A stretch of DNA of 11,824 nucleotides, from NCBI RefSeq assembly GCF_006345805.1, contig NW_021826938.1, positions 1 to 11,824 on the forward strand, given 5' to 3'. The stretch comes from Octopus sinensis (lineage: Eukaryota). This document shows positions 1 to 8,490 of the stretch, one piece after another. Position 1 is the first letter of the stretch. Each line of letters starts with the position of its first letter. The translations under genes were made by a program, and so were the position numbers. The notes under the pieces are model-generated. The model was not told the DNA's origin, did not search any database, and worked only from the letters and a program-made list of their open reading frames with translations.

Positions 1-132
1 TATTTTTGTATACACATGCTAGAAAATATTGTACACACGTGAAATGTAAGCTGGTTTTAATGGATCGTAATTAGGAATTCATAAAATCTGTGTATACACC
101 CAGGGTGGTTGGTGGCTATTAAAGTTGGGGGT

Positions 133-492
133 ATAGTGTGGTGTGGTGTGGTGTGCTGTAAAGGAGTTGGTGATAGTAATGGTGGTGGTGCAAGGGGGTG
201 ATGGGGACATTGGTAGTAGTTGTGGTGGTGGTGGTAGTAGTGGTGATTGTGTTTGTGGTGGTGGTGATTGTGGTAATGGTAGTGTTGGTGGTGGTAGTGG
301 TTATGGCAATGGTAAGTTGGTGCTGGTGGTGGTAAGGTTGGTGTCAGTGGTGATCATGCTGGCGATGTTGCTGATAACAGTGAGAGTGGTGGTGGTCATG
401 GTGGTGATCATGATGGTGATGGTTGTAGCAGAGGATATGATGGTAGTGGTGGTGGTGGTTTATGGTGTTGCATAATGGTGGTGATGGCGGTG
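133..492. repeat. Degenerate (GGT/GTG)n low-complexity tract
   Basis: Runs of ggt/gtg/gat triplets with interruptions. The tract resumes at 911-1076 after the SINE pair. ORF 143..475 is only its translation. Confidence 0.9.
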
Positions 493-726
493 AAGGTGGC
501 AAGCTGGCAGAATCATTAGCATGCTGGGCAAAATGCTTAGCGGTATTACGTCTGTCTTTACGTTCTGAGTTCAAATTCCGCCAAGGTCGACTTTGCCTTT
601 CATCCTTTCGGGGTCGATAAATTAAGTACCAGTTACGCACTGGGGTCAATATAATCGACTTAATCCGTTTGTCTGTCCTTGTTTGTCCTCTCTGTGTTTA
701 GCCCCTTGTGGGAAATAAAGAAATAG
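493..726 (+). mobile_element. tRNA-derived SINE, family A, full-length copy A1
   Basis: A-box-like TGGCAGAATCA (505-515) and B-box GTTCAAATTCC (569-579). Body is homologous to copies at 727-910, 2282-2654 and 9872-10069. Ends ...gtttagccccttgtggg-aaataaagaaatag. Confidence 0.85.
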
Positions 727-910
727 GTTTTTCATCTGCCGCTACGTTCTGAGTTCAAATTCCGCCGCGATCGGCTTTGCCTTTCATCCTTTTGGGATCA
801 ATTAAATAAGTACCAGTTATACACTGGGGTCGATGTAATCAACTTAATCCTTTTGTCTGTCCTTGTTTGTCCTTTCTATGTTTAGCCCCTTGTGGGCAAT
901 AAACAAAATA
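727..910 (+). mobile_element. Family A SINE, 5'-truncated copy A2 in direct tandem with A1
   Basis: Aligns to A1 from just upstream of the B box to the 3' end; lacks the A-box part. Confidence 0.85.
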
Positions 911-1076
911 TGATGGTTGTAATGGAGGTGGTGGTGATGGTGGTGTTGATAATAGTGACAAAGGCGGTGGTGGTGGTGGTTGTGGTGGCACTAGTGATGT
1001 TGGCAGAATTTACAGTATAGGTTGTGGTATTGGCTGTGGTGGTGACAATGTGTGGTGTTGGTATGTATGGTGAGGT
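911..1076. repeat. Degenerate (GGT)n tract, continuation of 133-492
   Basis: ggtggtggtgatggtggtgttg-type triplet runs. Confidence 0.85.
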
Positions 1077-1121
1077 TAGTTGTCATATAATTAATCACAT
1101 ATGATTGTCATTGCTGTTGGT

Positions 1122-1816
1122 GTTTAGCCCTTGGTCAGTCCTCATTCAGCAGATCCATGATCAAAGATGTTCCACCTGTGACCATCCCAGCTTTTATTCA
1201 GTCTTAGTGTATCTTGGACTACATTGTCTAGTGGCTACAATTGTAGTTTAGCCCAAGGTCAGTCTTGATCCAACAGACTTATGATCAAAGATGTTCCAGT
1301 TGTGACCATCCCATCTATTATTCAGACATAGTGTATCTAGGACTACATTGTCTAGTGGCTACAGTTGTAGTTTAGCCCAAGGTCAGTCCTGATCCAGTAG
1401 CCTTATGATCAAAGATGTTCCAGCTGTGACCATCCCATCTATTATTCAGACATAGTGTATCTAGGACTATATTATCAAATGTATCGTAGTTAATATTAGT
1501 GGCTATAGTTTTTGTTGTTGTTGTTTAGCCCCAGGCTAGTTAGTCCTTGTCTGTGATCAAGGATTCTCCAGCTGAACTTTATGTAATAAAACAATTTGCT
1601 CATGCAACTCTGCTTCTTTTATTCAGGCATAGTGTATCTAGGACTACAATATCTAACGTATAGTATAGTAGTAAGTATTAGTGACTATAGGTGTTATTTT
1701 TTAGCCCCAGGTCATTCTTTGTCCAGCAGACCTATGATCAAACATGATCCACCTGTGTCCATCCCATGTTTTATACAGACATAGTGTATCTAGGACTACA
1801 TTATCCAATGTATAGG
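1122..1816. repeat. Five-unit tandem array (124, 124, 153, 176 and ~118 bp) of a retroposon-tail-like sequence
   Basis: Units start with (g)tttagccc at 1122, 1246, 1370, 1523 and 1699. They share ggtcagtc..gatc..gcagac.tatgatcaaa and tagtgtatctaggactac. Confidence 0.9.
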
Positions 1817-1820
1817 ATAA

Positions 1821-2043
1821 TACTCTCTTTTACTCTTTTACTTGTTTCAGTCATTTGACTGCAGCCATGCTGGAGCACTGCCTTTAGTCGATCAAATCGA
1901 CCCCAGGACTTATTCTTTGTAAGCCTAGTACTTATTCTATCTGTCACTTTTACCGAACTGCTAAGTTACGGGGACGTAAATACACCGGCATCGGTTGTCA
2001 AGCGATGTTGGTTGGACAAACACAGACACACAAACATACACAC

Positions 2044-2102
<59 letters not shown>

Positions 2103-2262
2103 TACGACAGGCTTCTTTCAGTTTCTATCTACCAAATCCACTCACAAGGCTTTGGTCGGCCCGAGGCTATAGTAGAAGACACTTGCCCAAGATGCCATGC
2201 AGTGGGACTGAACCCGGAACCATGTGGTTGGTAAGCAAGCTACTTACCACACAGCCACTCCT
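1821..2262 (-). mobile_element. tRNA-derived SINE, family B (internal TA/CA microsatellite), copy B1
   Basis: Reverse complement begins aggagtggctgtgtgg (A box) and has ggttcagtccc (B box). Internal (CA)/(TA) tract at ~2021-2104. Tail is gactgaaacaagtaaaagagtaaaaga. Homologous to 8592-9018. Confidence 0.9.
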
Positions 2263-2281
2263 AGTTAATATTATAATTATT

Positions 2282-2654
2282 AAGGCAGTGAGCTGGCAGA
2301 ATCATTTGCACACCAGATGAAATACTTGGTGGCATTTCATCTGTCTTAACGTTCAGAGTTCAAATTCCGCTGGGGTCAACTCTACCTTTTATTCTTTTAG
2401 GGTCGATAAAATAAGTACCAGTTGTGTACTGGGGTTGGTGTAACTGACTAGTCCGCTCCCCCAAAATTGCTGGCTTTGTGCCAGAATTTGAAATCAATAT
2501 CTGAGGTCAATTCCGCTGGGGTCAACTCTACCTTTCATCCTTTCAGGGTCGATAAAATAAGTACCTGTTGTGCACTGGGGTCAATGTAACTGACTAGTCC
2601 TCTCTCCCAAAATTGCTGGCTTTGTGCCAAAATGTGAAATCAATATCTGAGGTT
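2282..2654 (+). mobile_element. Family A SINE variant (different 3' tail) with a local tandem duplication of its 3' ~147 bp
   Basis: Head aaggcagtgagctggcagaatc and B box gttcaaattcc as in A1. Segments 2361-2507 and 2508-2653 are near-identical and share private substitutions (ccgctggggtcaactctacc). Confidence 0.85.
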
Positions 2655-2658
2655 ATCA

Positions 2659-2730
2659 TTGTTGTCATTAACCTCGGATAAGTTCTGATCCAGCAAACCT
2701 GTGATGAAGGGCATTCCAGATATGCCCATC
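2659..2730. repeat. Dispersed, diverged copy of the 1122-1816 array unit
   Basis: ctgatccagcaaacctgtgatgaagggcattccagatatgcccatc aligns to ctgatccagcagacctatgatcaaagatgttccagctgtgaccatc, and is preceded by a ttgttg run like array units 1 and 4. Confidence 0.65.
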
Positions 2731-2746
2731 ATGAAAGAGAACATCA

Positions 2747-3309
2747 CCATAAAATTATTAACTATCTTACAAGCAATAACTCTGAGCACCCACCAAGAGA
2801 ATAACCTCCATCAGGCATTTGCCATATTCTGAACGCCTTACTTCCCTGGGCAAGGACACATTGAAACTCCGACGTCTGGCAGCTGACTTGGCAGACAGCC
2901 ATAAAATTATTAACCATCTTACAAACAATAACTCTGAGCACTTTTCCAAACTCCACCCGTCTAACACTCGTGGACATGTTTACAAAGTCAGGAAACAGCA
3001 CAGCTCCCATGACTTTAGAAAACATTTTTTCACGCTAAGAGTTGCTGAAGCATGGAACAAACTGCCAGCATCAGTTGTTAGTTGTCGGAGCACTGCATCC
3101 TTCAAAACTTCCATGCTTCCTGAGATTTGCCAACACTACACCTGATTTTCTCCCCTCCATACACACACAAGCATGTATCTGACTCATACACTGTTCGCTT
3201 TCCAGACATTTGTACATTACTGCATATGCTTTATACGCACTTATGACAAGTTATGGTGCACCTGAGCACTGTATACAATAATTTCATTATTATTATTATT
3301 ATTATTATT
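2747..3309 (+). mobile_element. 5'-truncated CR1-group (CR1/L2-type) LINE 3' fragment: ORF2 C-terminus, 3' UTR and (ATT)n tail
   Basis: Frame 2792-3145 reads TKRITSIRHLPYSERLTSL...TLKLRRL...NTRGHVYKVRK...DFRKHFFTLRVAEAWNKLPASVV..RSTASFK. This matches the typical CR1-group post-RT motifs (YEERL, TRGH, RKxFFSxRVxxxWNxLP). It ends in (ATT)8 at 3286-3309. Confidence 0.75.
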
Positions 3310-3310
3310 G

Positions 3311-6300
3311 TTATCATTCAGTAGTTTTATTTTTATAGCGTGCTTTCACTTCACTACCGAGCACAGCTCTGTGTGCCTTGGGTATGTGCTGTGATTTGTT
3401 GTGATGCTCTGATGGTTATTGTATGGAAAGTGTTCTGCGTAGGATGTGTGCAGTGCCTAGTAGTGCTATTTTCTGTATGTTATATGTGTTTGTAAGTCCT
3501 GGTGTTTTTGTTATGTATTTGTCTGAATATTTTTTTATCATGCCTAATGCACCTACTATGATAGGAATTGTTTCTGTTTTCAGATTCCACATTCTAGTTA
3601 CCTCTATTCCAGGTCTTTGTATTTTGAGAGTTTCTCCATTTCTTTTAGAGACACGTTGTCATCAGCCGGTATTGATACATCAATTAGAAAGCATTTTTTT
3701 CTTCATGATCTCTGACAACTATATCTGGTCTGTTGGCCTTAATTTCTCTATCTGTGTGTATCGGCATATCCCAGAGTATGGTTGCTTTCTCGTTTTCTGT
3801 GACCTTTTCTGGTGTGTGCCTATACCATCTTTTTTCTGTTGTTATTCCATAATGTTGGCATAGCTTCCAATGTATGTAGGTTCCAACTCTGTCATCTGTG
3901 AATATATTCCTTCTTAGCCAGGACTGGGCAGCTAGAGATAATATGATTTATTGTTTCTTGTCCATCTCCACATATTCTGCAGTTACTTGTAATATTTCTT
4001 TTCATTACATGTTTTTGGTAATTTCTGGTGGGGAGGCTTTGGTCTTGTGCTGCAATTAAAAATCCCTCTGTTTCTGCTTTGAGTCCTGAGCTTCTCAACC
4101 ATTGCTGGGATTTTTCTTTGTCTATTTCTTTTGCGTTTAGTTTAGTCCAGTATTTACCATGAAGGGGCTTTTCTTGCCATCGTTTTATCATGGTTCGTTG
4201 CTGTTCTATTTTTAGTTTGGATTTCATTTGTTTTATAGCTTTTGTTGTTTCTTCATCTTCTTCTTCTTCTTCATGTTTATTAGGTGGTATGATTTCTTAT
4301 TTGTATTTGTCAGCTTCCTTAAATACTGAGAACAGTTTTTTGTTTTGCTCGTGTTTTGCCGCTACCTGGATCAGTTTTCCTTCCTTCTGAAGTAGATATT
4401 TTTGCAGTCCTATGGTGGTTATTTTATAGTAGTTTTCCAGCTGTATAAGGCCTCTACCACCTTCTATACGTTGTATATATAGTCTTTCTATGTCAGATTT
4501 TGGGTGATGCATCCTAGATCCTGTCATTATTTTTCTTGTTTTCCTATCTATTTTGGTCAGTTCATTTGTGTCCAGTTAAGGATATTGTAGCTGTAACTTA
4601 TAACTGGGACAGCTAAAGTGTTGATACCTATTATCTTGTTTTTAGCATTGAGCTCTGTGTTTAGTATTGATCTAACTCGTCTATAATATTCTTTTTTTAT
4701 TCTCTTTCATTTGTGTGTGTTGTGTCTTATCTAGTTCATGGATTCCTAAGTATTTGTAAGTTTGGCTTTGGTCTAATTCTTTTATTTCATTGGTTTTATC
4801 TAGTGTGATGTTGTTACTCTTAACTAGTTTTCCTCTTTTCAGGGTTACTTTGGTGCATTTTTCTAATCCAAATTTCATATCTATTTCTTTGGTAAATCCA
4901 TGAACTGTCTTTAATAGTGTTTCCAGCTGTTTGTCATTTGCAGCGTATAGTTTTAGGTCATCCATATATAAAAGGTGGCTGATCGTTTTGCCGTAACATT
5001 TATATCCGCATCCAGTTCTATTTAGCATATCAGATAGAGGTGACAGTGCCAAGAGAAAAGGAGTGGAGAGAGCGTGTCTCCTGGAATATTCCTCTTCTAA
5101 TGGGGATGTCTTTGGTTTCATGAGTCCCTCTTTTGTTTGGAGGTGTAGGACTGTTTGCCATTTATTCATAGAGTGCTCTATGAATTTTATGATTGTTGGT
5201 GCTACTTTGTTAATGGCTAGTGTTTTCGAGGATCCATGTGTGGGGGATGCTATCAAACGCCTTTTTGTAGTCAATCCAGGCCATACTGAGGCCTTTCTTC
5301 TTTCTGTGGCTGTCTTCAGTTATGGCTTTATTAATCATTAGTTGATCTTTACAGCCATATGAGCCTTTGCGGCATACTTTCTGCTCTTCTGGGAACAGTT
5401 TGTTTTCGTCCAGGTGCTTGTTCAGCCTTTGTGATATCACTGCAGTAAATGCCTTGTACATAGTAGGGAGACAGGTTATTGGTCTGTAGTTTTCTGGTTT
5501 TGCTGTCTCATTTGATTTGGGAATTAAGATGGTTTTCCCCTTCGTGAGCCATTCAGGCATTGTCTTTGGCTCTGCTAGTACTTTGTTAAAGTTTTCAACC
5601 AGCTTTTTGTGCATTCCTGTTAGATATTTCAACCAGAAGTTGGGGGTGATCATGCCCAGGTGCCTTCCAGTTGCTTAGTCTTTGCAGTGCCTGGGTGACC
5701 TCTTCAGTTGTTATGGGGGTCCAAAGTTGTTCAGATGCCGAGTTTGTTATTCTGATACTCCTTTTTTTTGGTGGTTCGTTCGCCGACCATATTTCTCCCC
5801 AGAATTCTTCCAATTCTTCTGCCGTTGGTGCTGCAGTGACTTCTATTTTATTTTTTCCCAGTTCTTGGTAGAACTTTTTGGGGTTAGAGTTGAACTTTTT
5901 GTTTTCTTCAAGAAGCGTTGGCGTTTCTTGTACCGGCGGATCCTTTGTGCTTTGGCAAGGATATCTTGCTTCAGCTTTTCTTTTATTTCAGGCAAATCTT
6001 TCTCTGTGATGTTATATTTGCGGAGTATTTTTGTTCTCTTTTTTTTGCTCAGTAGCGTTGATTGTTTGCTGATTTCATTAAGAATCGACAGGTCTTTTCT
6101 AATTTTTTTTATTTTGCTTTGGATGTTATTTATCCACAAGGTTGTTTGGGTGGTGGTACTCCTGTTGGGGCGGTTTGGGAGTATCCAGCTTCTTTTGTGC
6201 TGCAGTGGCTGCTGCGTATATCAAGTCATTTAGTTCAGTGATATCACTTTTTTTTGATTCAGTGGCTATCAGTTCAGTGACGGCTAGGTTTATGCTGTTT

Positions 6301-7280
6301 ATAATAGGTGTTGTTATTTGTTTATTTTGATTCTTGGGAGGTATGGTCGGTGGTCCATTTTGAGCTCTGTGGTTTTCAGTTCTTTGATTATTTTATTTTT
6401 TATATTATCATAATCATTAGGCTCCCCTTCGTTGTTTACATCGTGTTTGTTGGGAATGTTGCGTTTGTCTTCGTGTTTTACAGTTTCAGTGTTTATATTA
6501 TTGGGCATTGTTGTGTGGCTTCTATCTACATTTTCCTGGTGTATGTTTTCTTTTAGGTGTTCTATTTCTATTTCTGATATTTTTTTTGTGTTGAGAATGT
6601 ATCTTCGTACGTTAGCTAATTTATTAGGGTTCATTGCTGTATCCAAGTCTATATCTCTATTATTTTCCTTCCATATTTTATATGTATGTGTTGTTGTATT
6701 TTCATTTTTTTGGGTAGAGTACTGCTGTGAAGTATGCGTGTAAGATAGAAATGTATTCCTCACGTGTCCATTTACGTCTTTTGGGTTTTATTTGCGGGAC
6801 ATGAGGTACAACGTCCGGCCCATTATTTTGACGGTCGTCATTTTCGTAGGGTACCGGCCCGTTTATTTCTGTTGTCACATTGTTTCGCACGTGTAGTTTT
6901 TCGTACATTTTTTGTTGTAAGTTTAATGTACGTACCGCTCGATTGTTATTCTTAGGTTGAATAGTATCGGTGGCATTTAATTTCTTCGTAGTTCCTTTGT
7001 ACATGGTGTTTGAGGTCGGGGATGATCGTGTTGTTCCACGCATGTTTACATGTGTTGCGTTAGAGGTGGAGATGATATTGAGTCAAAATACATCATTTCG
7101 TTTCGAAAATAGTAATAAATTTCAGTTAGTATTACTTACTCGGATACAGTCCAATTCTTTGTTAGTAAATCTTTGGCTCCATAGGATGTCCTTGTTTTCG
7201 ATGTTTGTGGATAGATTTCGGAGCTCTGAATTTTCCTTCTTACATCTTAAACGTCCCCGGTGTTCTCTCTTCTTCTTCTT
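3311..7280 (-). mobile_element. Apparently full-length R4/Dong-clade RLE non-LTR retrotransposon
   Basis: Collinear domains on the minus strand: Myb-like RRKWTREEY; RT (NWKAPG, NYRPITCL, WIDYKKAFDS, frameshifted RGIFQGDTLSP, YMDD at 4957-4968); HGKYW/ETEGFLIAAQDQ; CCHC CRICGDGQETINHIISSC; RLE RPDIVV..LIDVSIP.D.N...KE.EK..KYKDL. It has a ~100-nt 3' UTR and ATT/TAA repeats on both sides. Confidence 0.9.
3416..7043 (-). pseudogene. Disrupted single ORF of the R4/Dong element (Myb-like / RT / CCHC / restriction-like endonuclease)
   Basis: The ORF fragments 6702-7043, 6314-6763, 5843-6139, 5595-5813, 5210-5653, 4681-5274, 4297-4527 and 3892-4227, plus unlisted RLE pieces, join into one protein ending TAA at 3416-3418. 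Joining requires about 14 small indels and one in-frame TAA (4297-4299). Confidence 0.85.
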
Positions 7281-7331
7281 ATTATTATTATTATTATTAT
7301 TATCATTATTATTATTATTATTATCATTATT

Positions 7332-7378
<47 letters not shown>

Positions 7379-7644
7379 TATTATTATTATCATTATTATA
7401 TCATTATTATTATTATATTATTATCATTATTATATTTTATCATTATTATTTTATTATCATTATTATTATTATTATCATTATCATTATTATTATTATCATT
7501 ATCATTATTATTATATTATCATATAACATTATTATTATTATCATTATTATCTATTATTATTATCATTATTATTATTATCATTATTATTATTATTATTATC
7601 ATTATTATTATCATTATTATCATTATTATTATTATTATTATTAT
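7279..7644. repeat. (ATT)n microsatellite with ATC interruptions, at the 5' flank of the Dong element
   Basis: About 365 bp of att/atc triplets; it produces the poly-L/I/Y ORFs. Confidence 0.95.
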
Positions 7645-7752
7645 ACCCTTTCCATTTTCTTAAAGACATTAAGATGATCTGGTAGGGATCTAGCTGCTAT
7701 GCCTAGGACATCATGTGACCACGTAAATTCTTCTTCTTTCATGTACCATATA

Positions 7753-7950
7753 TATCTGTCACTTGTTTCACTCACTAGACTACGGCCACGCTGGGGCACC
7801 ACCTTGGAGAATTTTTAGTCGATTGAATCAACCCCAGTACTTATTTTTGAAGCCTGGTACTTATTCTATCAGTCTCTTTTGCCAAACTGCTAAGTTACAG
7901 AGAAATAAACATACACACACACACTCACACACATGACGGACTCTTCCGTC
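7753..7950 (-). mobile_element. Family B SINE 3' fragment, copy B3
   Basis: acttgtttca...ggccacgctggggcaccacc...ccccagtactta...gcctggtacttattctatc...gctaagttac aligns to B1 and B2. The head is missing. Confidence 0.8.
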
Positions 7951-8009
7951 AAAGATGACATAGGAGTATTCAGATTTTGCTGAATGACCTGCACAAATGA
8001 TTTCTTTAT

Positions 8010-8178
8010 ACATTATTTACATTTGACGGATATTTGTCCTCATCTTGTTTGTTGTTAACACAACGTTTCGGCTGATATACCCTCCAGCCTTCATCAGGTG
8101 TCTTGAGAGAATTTCGAACCTGGGTTCTCATTCCTAAGGTATTTTTCGATGTTGTTGTTGTTGTTGTTATTATTATCA

Positions 8179-8236
<58 letters not shown>

Positions 8237-8320
8237 TATTATTATTATTGTTATTGTTATTATTATTATTATTGTTATTATTCAGGTCACTGCCTGGAAT
8301 GGACTCGGAATCTTGGGGTT
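8010..8320 (-). mobile_element. tRNA-Arg-like SINE, family C, copy C1 (head truncated at 5'; internal AAT tract; hammerhead tail)
   Basis: Reverse complement of 8283-8320 matches the head of the copy at 8375-8449. (AAT/AAC) tract at ~8150-8282. Tail 8052-8149 differs at 6 of 98 nt from 8493-8590. The 3' limit beyond 8052 is approximate. Confidence 0.85.
8057..8102 (-). ncRNA. Minimal type I hammerhead ribozyme motif (Penelope-like/retrozyme style), intact core
   Basis: Minus strand reads GACAC CUGAUGA A GGCUG gaggguauau CAGCC GAAAC GUU GUGUU. Stem I GACAC/GUGUU (5 bp), stem II GGCUG/CAGCC (5 bp), palindromic loopless stem III AACGUU. Predicted cut after GUU (between 8062 and 8061). Confidence 0.75.
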
Positions 8321-8321
8321 C

Positions 8322-8451
8322 AGAGCACAGGCTATTAACCCCAAGATTCCAAGTTCGATTCCAAGCAGTGACCTGGGCATATGGCATAGTAGTTAAGAGC
8401 ACAGGCTACTAACCCCAAGATTCCAAGTTCAATTCCAGGCTGTGACCTGAG

Positions 8452-8490
<39 letters not shown>

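Noticed and set aside
143-475. Gly/Val-rich 110-aa ORF and the antisense His-rich ORF 344..649
   Set aside because: These are translations of the GGT tract and an adjacent SINE, with no splice or domain evidence.
1122-1816. CRISPR-like repeat-spacer pattern
   Set aside because: Whole units are homologous with no unique spacers, the context is eukaryotic and there are no cas genes.
2698-2737. Second hammerhead-like string gtgatga-a-gggcat(loop)atgccc-atcat-gaaa
   Set aside because: The first core base is G rather than C, five extra nt separate stem II from GAAA, and there is no stem I or III. The segment is explained as a copy of the 124-bp unit.
3423-3863. Hydrophobic plus-strand ORFs over the Dong element (also 4190..4390, 5063..5341, 5671..5871, 5682..6233, 6142..6330, 6308..6556, 6432..6743, 6764..6955)
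   Set aside because: They are antisense shadows of an A-rich retrotransposon ORF; the T-rich strand gives false membrane-like peptides.
7121-7145. GTAAGT next to TACTAAC on the minus strand, after a ~50-codon open frame in the Dong 5' region
   Set aside because: The donor and branch-like motifs are only 2 nt apart, too close for an intron, and the frame has no recognisable motif. Likely chance in AT-rich DNA.
7044-7280. HDV-like ribozyme at the 5' end of the Dong element, as known for R2 and some other non-LTR elements
   Set aside because: I could not build the P1/P1.1/P2/P3 nested pseudoknot by eye. An RNAMotif or Infernal search would settle it.
6970-7677. 235-aa plus-strand ORF and the overlapping poly-Y/I ORFs
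   Set aside because: They are open only because the ATT array lacks stops in those frames.
8375-8449. Functional tRNA gene
   Set aside because: The acceptor and anticodon stems do not pair properly, and it is followed by a SINE body present in another copy.
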